Positions 36,540-51,304 of a stretch of 64,000 nucleotides of DNA are shown here, one piece after another. The number at the start of each line of letters is the position of its first letter. Position 1 is the stretch's first letter. The translations under genes were made by a program, and so were the position numbers. A model generated the notes under the pieces. The model searched no databases, was not told the DNA's origin, and saw nothing but the letters and a program-made list of their open reading frames with translations. This stretch comes from Eledone cirrhosa (lineage: Eukaryota): positions 387,624,001-387,688,000 of the forward strand of contig OZ024740.1 in NCBI GenBank assembly GCA_964016885.1. The letters run 5' to 3'.

Positions 36540-39091
36540 TACACGCATTTATATGTTTGTGTATATTTACGTTGACTTCATCGTCGATACCACCATACTC
36601 CTTCTCGATCCATAATTATTTCTCTTACTATATTTCCTTTTCTTTTGTATTGTGTATAACCATAATTTTTGATAATACAAATTGCTTGGCTTTACTTCAA
36701 ATTCTATTGTTTTCCGACAATGTCTCCATTTGTAAATCCTATAGATACTTGAACGTACAGTTAGTGAAATTTACGACGGATATATCAAATAAAAGTTTAT
36801 AATGGATAATTGTCAGTAGAAAACTATCTTCCGAAACCATTCTAATTTGGTTATCTTAGAAATTACCATATTCAATTGAAAATAACCTTTATTGAAAAGA
36901 CAATAAAATGATGGAAGTTTGAATAGTCATAATGGTAGTTGTTTTTACATAATTGGATATAATAACTATAGTTATATTCGAATAATAATTTATCTTGAAG
37001 CACAATGTGATGAAACTGAAAAATAAACAAACAACATATGTTATACTACTTAGCCTGGCTAGTTTATGTACATCATTGATTCTTCAGGTTTGTAATCCAC
37101 TTGGCTGTACATATTGTTTTTAATGACAATTACATCTTATCATTACCCAAAGGCTACGGCTGAGTCACTAATTGGTCCCTTACATAGCAAAACGATCGCA
37201 GTTAGATATCCATCAATATTGAATTCGCAAACAACACATTAACTTGTTTAGTTCAACATATACTTTCAAATATATGGTCACGCTTGAAATGCATTGGACA
37301 ATGGGTGCGGAATTTGGATCCTTTTCTTATGGGATTAGATATCAGTGGCTAAATGATTGCTCTAATAGCTTAAACATGACAATACATGACATTTTAAAAT
37401 AAGAAAATTAAAATATACGCTTTGTTCAGAAACATCAATGACTATTCTTCTTGGGCATATATATTACTGTTGAATATGCCACGGAAAAATAGAAGAGAGT
37501 AAAATCCTGTTATACCATCACATAATATCTAGCGTTCTATGTATTAAGAATCCATATGAAGAGCCTGTATACATTCACAACATTTCCAGAAATGCCCCAG
37601 TTATAATTGATATTTGCTAATGTTGTACGTTGGGGTGTGGTTCCAGTCCATCTTCGGGAGAAGAAGTTTCCAAAAAGTAGTCCCATTTTCGATCGTGCTG
37701 CAAACCAGAATCTAATCACAAGGAAGTCTGTGAGAAGGTAGTTTGAGCCGGGGATTCACTTACCATGCCTATTCAGATAAGAATGAGTACGAAATAGTAG
37801 CCCGAACTAATTCCTCTTCCTTAACAATTCGGATGTCTCTACTAAGACAACGAGGAAATTTTTGAATATGTGCAATGTCAAAATGTGATAACAGTACTTA
37901 CCAAAATAAAAAAAATAACACCGAGTTCACCATCAAACTTATTCACTGCAGAGGAATAAATTTCCAGTCAGGAATTTGCTGTTGAAACGGCAAGGGCTCA
38001 GACGTCGATCTCTAACTTTCTACTATATTTACACTCTACTATCCCAAGTATCATTGAGTATTCTGCTAAAGTGGTAAAATCCTGATATATATATATATGC
38101 GTATGTTTGTATGCGAATTCATATGTGATGTATGTATGTCTGTATGTAAGCGTCTATGTAGCTAAACTACCTGGCACGCTTAGTGATGCTTCAAATTGTT
38201 TAAGCATACAATCACACCCATGCATATCTATTTTACTTATATAATATATATTCCTTAATAAAGGCATTTAGTAGAGTTTTGCATCAAATCATACGTTTCA
38301 CCCATTTTCTGGATTATATTATCGATGTTGCTTACATTTTAAATTATAACAATCAAAAGGTAGCACTATGAAATTTGGAGATTTCGGATTTCTTCAGCTT
38401 TCACTCTTACATTATAATTGTCATGGTAACATCACAGCTTTTATTCCTTCGGCAAATTTTAGTAAGTTTTCTCTTCACACATTGTGTTGCTGGCGTTTGA
38501 TTTTTTTCCGGTGTTTTCAAGACTGACTAGTTGTAGAATGCATATCATAATTTTGCTTTTCTTCTCGTTTTTCTTCTCTGTATTTGTTTTCTTTATTTCT
38601 CCTATTCATTATTTTCTGTCTGACAAAACGGATGTTTTATGGTAGTTAAAATAGTAGGAGATCGCGTATAGTAGTGTGTATACAATATAAATATATAAAT
38701 GAAGTCATATAGGGTGTTTTTTTTATTCGAACAATTTATTTCACTCAATGATCATAATGAATTGGCTTGATGAATATATTAATTCATCTTTCTGCTATAA
38801 AATAGCACTTCTAGTAATTCAACAACTATATTCATTGCATACAAACATTAATTCAGCAGGAATACGGCTTCTTTTTCCGGTAAATCAAAAGAAAGAGAAT
38901 TCCATTAAAATCTTCATTCAACCGCCAGTATGTAAAATTGTAATTCTTATTTTACGTCAAATGTTTCCCTCTTCATTGCATTCTCGAGAATGGATGAGGA
39001 GTTGGGAGAAAATGTTCACCTCTCCAAAAAGGAAATCATGCTCGTCTATATTGGTTATAGAGCGAATTTCTTAAACGTCAGTGTGAATCAT

Positions 39092-39315
39092 TTAACCCTT
39101 TAGCATTACTCTATATATACTATTGTATTTTTGTGGTAAAGGCTTTACCTTACATAATTATCTCACATTATATTGAATCTACGAGATTTTGATGTTATTT
39201 ATTTTGTGAACAATACCTTATCATAAGTATGAGTGGCCAGTTACAGCTGGTTTGAACAAAAAGATGTGAGAGAATTCTGGGCCGGACATGGCCGATTCAT
39301 TTGCTAAAGGGTTAA
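39092..39315. mobile_element. piggyBac-type MITE
   Basis: TTAA-CCCTTTAGCA...TGCTAAAGGG-TTAA; homologous to 14285-14513. Confidence 0.85.
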
Positions 39316-39358
39316 ACCGAAATATCAGCTATATACTCTTTATTATGGAGAATGAATG

Positions 39359-39389
<31 letters not shown>

Positions 39390-39519
39390 TGAAATAACAG
39401 ATTAAAGTTTAAGCAAAGAATATATATATATATATATACATATATATATTTATTTTCGTCGGTGCTGGTCGATCGCCATAACTTCGATTTTACTAACTTC
39501 CACTCATATATATATATAT

Positions 39520-39763
39520 TAACGTGGTTTTGTCTTTGCGTATAATTGTTTTCACCGGTCCAAATTATGACGTATTATCCTTGTCTTTATCCGTTCTTTG
39601 CCAGGGAACGTTTCCACGAGCCAAAGTATCGTCTTCCTGTCTTCCTTCGGTTGCAGCGGTTTTTGAAATATTTACTTTTGCGTTCACAGATGGATATTTT
39701 TAGTTTCAGAAGATGCCGTTGAGGGTGAAAGCAGTGATTCTTTGCTTAAACTTTAATCTGTTA
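39520..39763 (+). mobile_element. Solo 3' end of the Naiad copy-1 family with a CAGAAGA HHR (39701-39753)
   Basis: Aligns to 26849-27093; short inverted terminal piece at 39391-39421; TA tracts on both sides. Confidence 0.85.
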
Positions 39764-39847
39764 GCTCTACGGTTCTTATATATTTGATATATATTTATCC
39801 TTATCGAGCCCTCTTTGGATTTTAGTTTTCAAATTTATTATTATTAT

Positions 39848-39933
<86 letters not shown>

Positions 39934-40479
39934 CTAAAACTTTCTTATTTATTTGTTTGGATTGATTTGATTCCAGCAAAAGCGCAATCGCCGCTACATG
40001 AAAAATATTTAATACATGTATTTCTAAACATATGAGTTCCTGAAGATATAATTTACGCTAAGAGTGATATAATACAACTATTTAAATTAAACGATGCATG
40101 TTTATGATACAAATCAATAGAGAAACGGTTATTAAGACCAGTCCACACATATTCACACAAGCTCGTACGTACATACATATACACTATATAACAACGAATG
40201 CCTCCACGCAGTAGACAAAATAACGACAATTTCGACCTACCAGAAGTAGCAGCCAGGTGTCATCAATTCACACGAACGCACATCAGAACGAAAGCCTTCA
40301 CATAGAAGGCCAGCACGTAACGACCCACTTTTTGACGATTTGACCCGCTAGAAATAAAAGCCAGCAATAATGTGTTTCTGTTTCTGTGTCCACGTTTCTG
40401 ACAGCGTTTGTATTTAATTCTCATAATCTACATTTTGACAAATTCTTGTGACGCTAAATTCCGCCAGTTGCAGACTGCG

Positions 40480-40830
40480 CATTAACATGTGATATCTCTT
40501 CACAAAGTTCGATCACCAGTAGCAGAGTTTAAAGAGCAAAGATCAAGTCCAGTCCATTAATTGACATTGTCAAGCCATCGTTTTGGCTGCCGGCCTCTGC
40601 TACTCTTACCAGCCAACCTTCCTTCCAGGCATAACCAACTCACACCACAAGTTGATCTTTTTATATGGCCGTATTCTTTGAGTACTTTTGACTTGAAAAT
40701 TGATGTAATTGGTCTAAGTTTGGTAATGTTGAGCAGCTCACTGATACAGATACGGTCGCTGAGCTGCTTGCCAGTCATAAGTCTCATGATGTGGTTCTGG
40801 AATGTAGAGAGCTTCTGAAGTGACCTTGTC
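40480..40830 (-). pseudogene. RTE/BovB-like LINE 3' fragment
   Basis: KLSTFQNHIMR...YGHIKR...LEGRLAGKSSRGRQPKRWLDNV. Confidence 0.8.
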
Positions 40831-43546
40831 CAATTAACCCAGTCAAGACATAACACAACTGGTAGGAAACTCTTGTTGATGTTAGTACGTCCTTGTTCTT
40901 AAGTACCAGTGTCAAAAAGATGGTACAATTGAGATATGTGGAACGTTCAATTATATATTAATATCGCTCTCGCTCTGATCGATCGATAAGATCCCAGACC
41001 TCATTCGCTTACCGAGTGGGGTGGACCTCGTCAAATCGTTTTTCCATTGTTGATACTATTTACCAGTCGCAACTCCTGGCAGAAAGAGCAACGTGAAATA
41101 AAGTGTCTTGCTCAAGGTCCGGTAATTAAACTCGCAACATCATGATTGTGAATCCAACTCTCTAACCACCAAGCCACGTGCCTTCATATTAATATAAATT
41201 GTATAGAAGTGTTTTAGATGTTATTTTTTAATACTAATCTCAATGGCTAATGGTTTGCCTCTGTGTATCATACTTATATATATTACATAAAGATAATCTC
41301 ACCAGCTGTGACTCTCCATCTTTCTTCTTCCTTAAAGATGCTCCAGCTATGTCCATGTACCCAATAATTTAACAGTACTCCAACCCTCGACATTTACCCT
41401 TTGTTTTAATGTTTGTGCACCTATGACCCTCCAATGTCTATTTCAATTGTTTTCCTTCGGACTTATTTTAAAAATGTTACGGCTATTACGTTACAATAGA
41501 ATTACCGTGATTCTCATTCAACAAAACAATCATCAATTAAGTGCATTTTCCCCGGATATTAAAGTCCATTTATAGAGGTCCATTTCCCGGATATCTATAG
41601 AGGTCCATTTCCCCGGATATTGAGGGCCTTAATCGAAAATAAGTAATATTAAATATACATAGAAACCTCATCCACTTCTTTAAATGATACACGCATTTAA
41701 AAATATAATTGTTTCTAGTTTAGGCACAAGGCCAGCAATTACCCAGTGCATTACTGATACTTTATTTTATCGACCCCGTAAGGATGAAAGGCAAAGTCAA
41801 CCTCGGCGGGATTTGAACTCAGATCGTAAAGGGACGTAACTATGCTGCAAAGCATGGCGTCCGACCCTTTAACAATATAGTTGTTTCTACTTTTGGCACA
41901 AGGCCATCAATTACCCACTTAGACAAACACATTCCAGACATAAGCATTCAGGCTACTTCGTGATATGATATATTAGGTTAGCAGTGTCAAATATAGCTTC
42001 ATAGCCAAAAGAAAAACAAACAATGCATACAGCATAGTTGAGACCCATTCTGGAGATCATGCTAATCATATATATATATGTATATATATATTATGTACTC
42101 ATAGCAATAAATTACTACGTTGGAAAATAAATCTCATGCATTATGAATTATAGCCCTTGTATCATTCCTAGCAAATTTGGTGAGGTGCAGTACTGGTGAA
42201 GACACGCCTGAATTTTTCACTCCCACACCATCGTTCCTTTTTGAATATTTAAACCATCACTGTCCATCTACTTTACACAGAATCACCCCCAAAGTGTTCT
42301 TCTTCGTCAAATTGAAGAATGTTTGTCTAACAACTCAATGAATTATATGCTTCGAGGAATCTTACGCAATTATCTTCCTGCTGCTCTCATTATGGCATTA
42401 TGTCTTGTAGATATTGAATTGGAATTAAATTCCAAAACATTGCCTATCATAGATGTTGTCTGAAAACAGACAACAGAGATATGATTAAATATTATAAGAC
42501 ATTTGGCCCATAGCTCTATGGTTTCTGCCAACTCATCAGCCATTGTTAAATATGTATGACGAGAAAATAACCTTGATAGCTAGACCTGTTAGAAATACCA
42601 GCCAAAAAAAAAACTCTAGTCATACTTATTATCTTCAAAGTAGAAGTACACGCAATATAATACAGTCTTCAAAAGCAGTATGTTTACGACTTAAAACGTT
42701 CGTGTATAAATCAGCTCTTTCAGAGCCAAGTAGTGTTAAGCAACTATTATTAAATACCAAGCGACAAATGTATGCTCATCACACAAACAAATCTTCTTTT
42801 TAAAGTAAAATACATTTAATTTGTCTTCCAATATTTAGTATTTTAAATTACAATTTTATAGTTACAAATATTTTTTCTGGAAAATTTCTAGAAACATTAT
42901 AACTTCTATTTCAATAAACCTCGCACATATCAATATTTTATAAAATATATTTAACTGTTCGTTATAACCCGAGGAGTAATGTTATGTATCAGCATTCTGA
43001 TGTTTAGCCATTTTACAATTGATTTTCAATTAATATGGCTTGCTTGTATTATAAATAGCTATGGATATAGTAATATATTCTGTTAAAATATTCTAAATCG
43101 AATATTAAGAATGGATGGAGCAGCTGCACATTTAAAGGAAATATAATTAACATGTAGTTCGATACCATTATTAAACTTTACTAGTGTTAAAATGTCTTAT
43201 TACTATGTAGCAGGTATATAATTTATTTATTACTTATTTATATATTTATAAATTTGTTTGTTCAATTGCTCGCCTATGTGTTCTTTCATGAATTTATGTA
43301 TTTTGTGTAGTAAAGAATGAGTGTCGAGATGTTATTTATAAAGCTGTTCATTTTCAATTTAAATATCTCATCAGCAGAAACATAAACGATTTGGATGATA
43401 TGATTAGAAAAGGTAAAAGGCGAACAAACGCGTTAGTGGAATATCCTAGACATACTTAGATAGTAATTTTTATATGCTCTTCGTTCTCTCTCTGATAGAG
43501 ACTGAGAAACACAAAGACTAAAAGAGAAAGATAACGCTGTCAATTT

Positions 43547-43614
43547 TCTTCTTCTTCTTCTTCTTCTTCTTCTTCTTCTTCTTCTTCTTCTTCTTCTTCT
43601 TCTTCTTCTTCTTC
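43547..43614. repeat. (CTT)n microsatellite
   Basis: Direct reading. Confidence 0.98.
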
Positions 43615-45120
43615 TATTTTTTTCTTTTTCTTGTTATTTTATTTCAAAATATGAAGAAAGTTTTTCTATTTTCATTCGTCCACTCTTCTTTGAGGCCTCA
43701 AAATTAATTTCGTTTCTTTGTATATTAATTCTTAAAGGTGAATGAAATAGATACGTTTACATTTTACCGCTTCGTTTATTCTTTCATTTTTCTTTACTGG
43801 ATACAAGATTTGATCCTAGCCATCATCACTCGTTTATAGACATTTATGGACATACCACACTAAATTTAGAATTTGAATAATGGCATTTGTTCAGTAAATT
43901 ATCTTTAATGTCTTATTATTATGTAGGTCATTTATTTTACAATATAATCGTTGATTCTTAAGTAAACTTTATGAATATATGAAAGGCTGTATGAGGCCTT
44001 TGTTGAATGAACAACAGTGCATTGTTCTAGCTTATAAAACGCCGGGAGTCAAACCACAGTGCCAAGCACATTCACACTTCATTCAGACGAGACATTTGTA
44101 CAAACTCTTGAAAACAGACGCTGCAGGCTTAATCCTTAGTGGATAACACTCTGGAACACAAGTTTCGGAAACATTGTTTATACAATTCGCAGGACGCATA
44201 TGCAGTAAATCAGTGAAAACACCTTCATCAAAAATCCAGACGACAGCGAAAGATGGCTAACATGTGTGTAAAAGAGATATCAAGAAACGGATGAAGGTTA
44301 TCTCGGCATTTGAGAATTTTAACGTACACTAAGGGAAGTAACTTTAGTAGGACACGGTGTCAGTGTTGGTAGCGGCGGTTAAATTGTTGGCGTTTCACCG
44401 CTACTATGGCCAACGTTGTTTTCTAACACAACTAATAGAAGCGTTTAAATATAATTTGAAAGCAGAGCAACGGAGAGAAGTTCCAGCCAGATGCTGTCGA
44501 AAAGGAACAGAATCCCCATACAGTTTAAATTCCCAAATAGTCTCCGATATGCAAATGGCTAAAATATGTCATCAGAAGGGCTCCCTGAATTCAGGACCTG
44601 CAGGCGACACGGCTCCCTTAGAGTGTCACAAATTTAGGTCTAAAACACTTGCATGGTGAGGGAAGGGGGCTTCTTCTGCTCTGAAGACTTTTTCCTGCCC
44701 AGCTCTCTCTTGGGTGTCTTAACACTATAGGAATCACCAAATCAATATTAACAGACACGAAGAATAACTTTAAAAACATAGGACATATTATTTGTTTCTT
44801 CTCTTTTAAACTAACCATGCTCAGAGTTTGTAGTATACCTTAGTTTCTTATTCAGTAAAATCAATATATAGCTCTCTACGCTATTAACTTAATGCTAGAA
44901 AGCATTATTTTATTTTGATTCAGTGCGTTCAATTCATTCTCTCCATTACTAAACAATTCTTTTTTATTTATAATTTGATAGAACTATAAATTGGTCAAAC
45001 ATACAGAAAAAGAAAACAGTATTGAAAAGTACTATAAATGCCATAAATGAGAGGAAAGAGCCAGGACTACTAGACAAAGGAAGAAAGAAAGGGAAGGGGA
45101 GAGGGTGGTAGATTCTACAT

Positions 45121-45640
45121 CTAAGTCAGAGCAGTGTTTCGGCTGCACCCTGCGGAAAAAATGGCAAAGGCATTTCCGTGAACACTGGCCAGAAACACCG
45201 GCTGCAACAGCAACCTCACCTCTCGGGGATAATTCTTCAGACGGGCCGCTATCGACCCGATTTTACGGGGGGAAGTCAACTGATCGGGGTCCAAGGACGC
45301 CTCAGGTCTCGACGGCGACCGGTGCAAGGAGCAAGCGGCCGGAAAATCGCCGGTTTTTGCTTGTCTTCCTGTCCTCTGCATTTCGGGCCGCGATACCGGG
45401 GTTTGTGACCGAGGCGACTAAGTTGGAGGCGGAGAACGTGTCACAACATGTGGCGTCCGAGATGAGGGATTTATTTCCTTCGAAAGGGAAAAGAGTAATT
45501 CCATCGGAGCCCTTACTGTCTCCACAGCCAAGGCCTGCTGGCTCTAGTTGTGACGGGAAGCCGGCTGCGTCGAGGCTCCTTTTCATTATGTCGCAGAGAG
45601 TGACATATCGGTGAAACCGGCCTGCGCTCTAGTGACCTGA
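45121..45640 (-). pseudogene. CRE-like non-LTR retrotransposon, RLE endonuclease 3' fragment
   Basis: SAGRFHR...MKRSLDAAGFPSQLEPAGL...DGITLFP...DATCCDT...AARNAEDRK...PVAVET, then LLQPVFLASVHGNA. Confidence 0.85.
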
Positions 45641-45755
45641 TTTTTGTTTTTAACCGTTTACATCCATATAAAATATGTATCTAGCCAAGCTGCTACATCT
45701 ATCACATAATAACTAATGGAATGGTATTTAATGTTATCTACTGTAAAATGTATGA

Positions 45756-47126
45756 ATAGTATAGTTGTCCTTGGTGAAATAGTATTGTTGTCTTGGTGAA
45801 ATAGTATAGTTATCCTTGGTGAAATAGTATAGTTGTCTTGGTGAAATAGTATAGTTATCCTTGGTGAAATAGTATTGTTGTCTTGGTGAAATAGTATAGT
45901 TATCCTTGGTGAAATAGTATAGTTGTCTTGGTGAAATAGTATAGTTATCCTTGGTGAAATAGTATTGTTGTCTTGGTGAAATAGTATAGTTGTCTTGGTG
46001 AAATAGTATAGTTGTCCTTGGTGAAATAGTATAGTTGTCCTTGGTGAAATAGTATTGTTGTCTTGGTGAAATAGTATAGTTATCCTTGGTGAAATAGTAT
46101 AGTTGTCTTGGTGAAATAGTATAGTTGTCTTGGTGAAATAGTATAGTTGTCTTGGTGAAATAGTATTGTTGTCTTGGTGAAATAGTATAGTTGTCTTGGT
46201 GAAATAGTATTGTTGTCTTGGTGAAATAGTATAGTTGTCTTGGTGAAATAGTATAGTTGTCCTTGGTGAAATAGTATAGTTGTCTTGGTGAAATAGTATA
46301 GTTGTCTTGGTGAAATAGTATAGTTGTACTTGGTGAAATAGTATAGTTGTCTTGGTGAAATAGTATAGTCATCCTTGGTGAAATAGTATAGTTGTCCTTG
46401 TTGAAATAGTATTGTTGTCTTGGTGAAATAGTATAGTTGTCTTGGTGAAATAGTATAGTTGTCCTTGGTGAAATAGTATAGTTATCCTTGGTGAAATAGT
46501 ATAGTTGTCCTTGGTGAAATAGTATTGTTGTCTTGGTGAAATAGTATAGTTGTCTTGGTGAAATAGTATAGTTGTCTTGGTGAAATAGTATAGTTGTCTT
46601 GGTGAAATAGTATAGTTGTCTTGGTGAAATAGTATAGTTGTACTTGGTGAAATAGTATAGTTATCCTTGGTGAAATAGTATAGTTGTCCTTGGTGAAATA
46701 GTATTGTTGTCTTGGTGAAATAGTATAGTTGTCTTGGTGAAATAGTATAGTTGTCCTTGGTGAAATAGTATTGTTGTCTTGGTCAAATAGTATAGTTGTC
46801 TTGGTGAAATAGTATAGTTGTCCTTGGTGAAATAGTATAGTTGTCTTGGTGAAATAGTATTGTTGTCTTGGTGAAATAGTATAGTCATCCTTGGTGAAAT
46901 AGTATAGTTGTCCTTGGTGAAATAGTATAGTTGTCTTGGTGAAATAGTAATGTTGTCTTGGTGAAATAGTATAGTCATCCTTGGTGAAATAGTATAGTTA
47001 TCCTTGGTGAAATAGTATAGTTGTCTTGGTGAAATAGTATAGTTATCCTTGGTGAAATAGTATAGTTGTCCTTGGGGAAATAGTATAGTTATCCTTGGTG
47101 AAATAGTATAGTTGTCCTTGGTGAAA
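45756..47126. repeat. Minisatellite, about 60 copies of 22/23-bp units
   Basis: TTGGTGAAATAGTATAGTTGTC(C) with variants TTATCC, TATTGTTG and TCATCC. Confidence 0.98.
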
Positions 47127-47939
47127 TTTGAACTCAAATTAATGAAAGCCAGAAGAAATGGGGCATATTTTTCCTTTGATGATTCGGAACAGCCACCACC
47201 ATAGGACGCTCTGATTTTTATGTCAATTTAAGACCACTTTGTATATTCATATACCACTCAGTCTCATCTTTATATGAAAACATTAATGTACATTAGCAAA
47301 CAGGTTTCTCTAGGAAGAATTTCCTTATAAATTCGCCAAAATACAAGATCGATATTACTATCCTATTTTCTTGCTTATCACCATTGTCTATCATTTGAAA
47401 TACACTTTGCATCATAAATTTTGTACGGCTTATATATATACCTCTATCTTATTCTTGTAACAAGTTCCCTAAACTCTAGACCTTGCAACCAAATATTCCA
47501 CCAGACAATTTTACATTTTACATTCTATCCACATATCTTGAATGGAGAAAACATATTTATCGACAGACATACTTCAAATATATGACTCCCAAACACAGTA
47601 AAACGGTAATAGTCGATTGCTAGAAATAATAACTTAGAAGTTCATGTAAAATAACCTCTATGGACGGAAAAATATGCCAAGGTTAAGTTTGCCTTTCTTT
47701 TGTCAGGGGTAGCTAAGATAAAATACCAGTGAAATAACGATATCGATTTAGTCTCCTACCACCACATATTTTTAGTCGTGAGTCTGGAGTGTAAATAATT
47801 ATTATACACATTCGGTTCATTAAACCAGTATTGTTAACGAATTTGTTTCGCAACTACGTGGTTCCAAGTTCAGTCCATCAATCAAACTGTGCCACAACTC
47901 GGGAAGGTGGTTTACGTGATGACAGACATGTGAGCGAAC

Positions 47940-48500
47940 AGATTTATGATAAATAATGCTTATGTTACATTTGTGGGTAATCTGTTCAAGCAAGTTAGAG
48001 GCATATCAATGCCGGTAACTAGTTCCCTCCCAGCGAATATGTATCCATCCTCCTGTGAGTTCGACTATCTGATAAGGCTAAAGAGATTAAGGAGGATATT
48101 ACTGATTAAGCAATTAGTTGATGTATTTGTTCCGACATACAGGCATTTCGAAAGCTTGCTAAATAGAATTTGTCCGGATGGTTTAGAGGCGAAACGGAAT
48201 GGTACGATGTTAACAGGGTTTATTATTTAGATGCCACTATCGAAAGTAACGATGAATCGATGATAAAAAGAGTTTACAATAAGACAAAGGATTTCAGTTT
48301 TGGTGTAGCTTGGATGACTTCTGCCTTCAGTTCTATACCAATGTTAATTACTTACAACGAATTGTTTAGTCAAATATCAATGTACGGTAGAATAAGTAGC
48401 TAGGTAAAAGTTTTTATGTAAGAGTTAAGGAGACTATTTAAACACAGGCTTGGAGAAGGACTCGATAGGAAATTATCGATATGGCGTTTTCATCGTAACT
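47940..48500 (+). pseudogene. Decayed PLE reverse transcriptase fragment of a different clade (Neptune-like)
   Basis: INNAYVTF..NLFKQVRGISM..., YLDATI...VYNKTKDFSF...SSIP...Y..LFSQI..YGRI. Confidence 0.7.
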
Positions 48501-49179
48501 TGAATATTAAAGGTTTGATTTTAAGAGGGTTCGCGCATATTTTGAGTTTGCAATGTTAGTACCTAATGGCTAGGCATCGGGAATGCTGGGTGAATTTTGG
48601 GTTTCCCTTGAAATGTTATAGCGGTTTGTGTCGGTAAATTACGAAGAATGAGATCTGATGGTTTGGCTTTACTATGGAAATATTTTTTCTATTTATGGCG
48701 ATGTGGGTGAAAAAGATAGTGCTATATTGTCCGGGATGTTCAAACCAGGAGTGCTTATTTCATTTCTTTAGTAGTACCGGGCAATATATGTGTTTGAAGA
48801 GATAGTATACCGAGTAAATGCTTTTGGTTTTCATTCGCATGGTGACATGATTAGTATATGTATTTGTAGGGAATGCGTTATCGTGTATGTAGTGCGTCTC
48901 ATCTTATGGTTGATTTGATCGGTGTTTTGCGAGCGCTATGATTGACGGGATGCGTGATTTTAGCTTTCTTTTGCTGCGACGACTGATTGGGGTTCGCTGA
49001 TCGCTGCGGTGAGGGCGAGGTCTCACATGATGCGAATGCTTGCCTGTTGAGAGACAAGAATTATTTGAAGTGGGTTTTACACGAGATATTTCGATTATGA
49101 TAAACATCATGAGATTCACATAATAGCCTTATTCAGGCTTTATTGTATATCACATTTCATTTGTATTTACATATATATT

Positions 49180-49540
49180 TCAGGAACCTGCCCACCATTT
49201 ACAGTTTTTTAGTAACCCAGTACCTAAGATTAGCCATAGAATCTCGAACATATTTCTAATAGAGTAACATTTAAGAAGGCAGCACCATACTGCGACAAGA
49301 CCCTCTGAGATAGTGGATTCAGAGAAGAGATCACAAGCCCAATAAACCCAATTACAAGCCCAATAAACCTCAATCGAAGAATAGAAATAGAAAAAGGAAA
49401 ATAATCTGGTTCCCCCATACTCACCTAACGTAAGGACAAATATAGGTAAGTGATTCTTAGCCCTAATTGGTAGGCACTTTCCCCAACAACATAGGTACAG
49501 TAAGATTTCCAATCGCCGCTCGGTGGAGATAGCTTATTCG
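49180..49540 (+). pseudogene. Naiad-type PLE fragment (thumb/linker region)
   Basis: FKKAAPY..KTL*DSGFREEI...RNRKRKIIWF.PPYSPNVRTNIGK*FLALIGRHFP...SKISNRRSVEIAYS, homologous to the 24797 ORF. Confidence 0.8.
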
Positions 49541-50129
49541 AGACCGATTTAAACAAAGGTTCTATTCGCACAACTACTCATTCAAGCACCCGATATGTAA
49601 TCTAGCACAGTACTGGCAAAAAGGGTATATGAGTCTATCAGCTAAAAGGAAAGGAGTAATGAAATAACATGGAAGGTGCTTGAAGAGTCAATGCCATACG
49701 TCAATGAATCGAAAAGACGCCCACTGTGCTTACGTGAAAAATTTAGGATTTTGCAAGGATTATACTCACCAAACAAGTATCTTAACTTCAAAACTGAAGT
49801 TTTAGATACTGATTGCATCTGAAAAGCCATCTACTGTCCAACTGGACACCCATGCCCCCAAATGCTCGCTCATAAGACTTGCTATACCCTCCATGACCCT
49901 TATACACACGCAAAAAGGCACATATAATTGATTCCCAAACACGCACACACTCAGTATATACACAACATCACAGATTCTCGTATTTTTATGTGATCAGATT
50001 TTAATTCTTAGGAAATGTTCAGAAATCTTGTTTTTTTTAAAGCGATTTAAGATTTACAAAATTACATTCACACTAAGTAACATACACATTTTCTATTCAC
50101 AGCCTCTGCAACCTTTATATATGGATAAA

Positions 50130-50308
50130 AGTAAGAAATGTTTGTCTATCCATCCAAAATTCTTCAAGAGGAATTATCTTCCAAGCACTGCAACACTAAT
50201 GGAAGAAGTGCGTTGACCACAAAGGGAACTATGTTGAAAAAAGAACCGTATTTGGTCACATTCCATAAAAACCTCTTTGTCAGCCTATGAACATTTCAGC
50301 CGACCCTC

Positions 50309-50311
<3 letters not shown>
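50130..50311 (+). mobile_element. Mariner 3' remnant with terminal inverted repeat
   Basis: WKKCVDHKGNYVEK C-terminus followed by ...TTTCAGCCGACCCTCG-TA into (TA)n. Confidence 0.65.
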
Positions 50312-50376
<65 letters not shown>

Positions 50377-50675
50377 GTATATATGTATGAATTAAAAGTG
50401 ACAAAGGCGTACTGCAACTTACATATACTACTGTCTCGTGTTTTCCCTCTCTATCGGTATGTTTTTCTTCTGTTTATTTTCTTTCTCTCTCGTTCTCTTC
50501 GCTATCGTCTCTCTTTTTTTTGTTTTGTTTTCTTCCCCAATAACTATTCCTCATAGTTATTAACGCACTGTGGTGAGATGTACTGTCTTTAATGCGTCAA
50601 AATATCAGCGACCCACAGCAGATAGCCGAAGAGCGGGAATTGTCCGTATGTTTGTGTTTCTCTTGTTTTCTAAAC

Positions 50676-50758
<83 letters not shown>

Positions 50759-50989
50759 ACACACACACAGACACACACACACACACACACTTTATTATGA
50801 TCAGATAATAATTTTATTTATGGAATATATCATGTAAATACAATTTAACAGAAAAAGGAAAAAAGAAAATTTAGATTGAGAAGAATGGAATGTAAAATAG
50901 GAAAATATAAAGAAAAAAGAGAAAAAGAAAAAAACTGGAAGGGGAGGGAATGGCAAGAACTAAAAGAAGAATGAGGGGGGGGGGCTGAT

Positions 50990-51146
50990 TTGAATCTGGG
51001 CACGGCGGTAGAGGGGCTACGCCCCGCTGACAATGGCCAGCGACACCCGCTGCAACAGCCACCCCACCTCACGGGGTTCCTTCCTCAGATGGGCCGCCGA
51101 CATCCCAATTTGGTGGTGGAGCTCGACTGTATAAGTACGCCTGTCG
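50990..51146 (-). pseudogene. Second CRE-like 3' fragment
   Basis: Homologous to 45185-45290; REVGWLLQRVSLAIVSG. Confidence 0.7.
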
Positions 51147-51255
51147 CTTAACTAACATGAATTTCTAAAGAAGGTGTGTTTTTAAATGTAAAAGAGTTTG
51201 AAAATCGAACTTCAGAACGAAACTCAATCCTTGAGGCAACTAAGGCAACTACACA

Positions 51256-51304
<49 letters not shown>

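Noticed and set aside
42500-42545. Minus-strand CTGATGA...GAAA-CCATAG-AG-CTATGG
   Set aside because: No stem II, G in place of U16.1 and poor stem I.
44030-44710. GC-richer block with a 100-aa ORF
   Set aside because: Probably a decayed repeat, but I could not recognise motifs or ends.
45734-47137. CRISPR-like array or repeat-protein ORFs
   Set aside because: Units are contiguous with no unique spacers and no cas genes; the ORFs are translations of the minisatellite.
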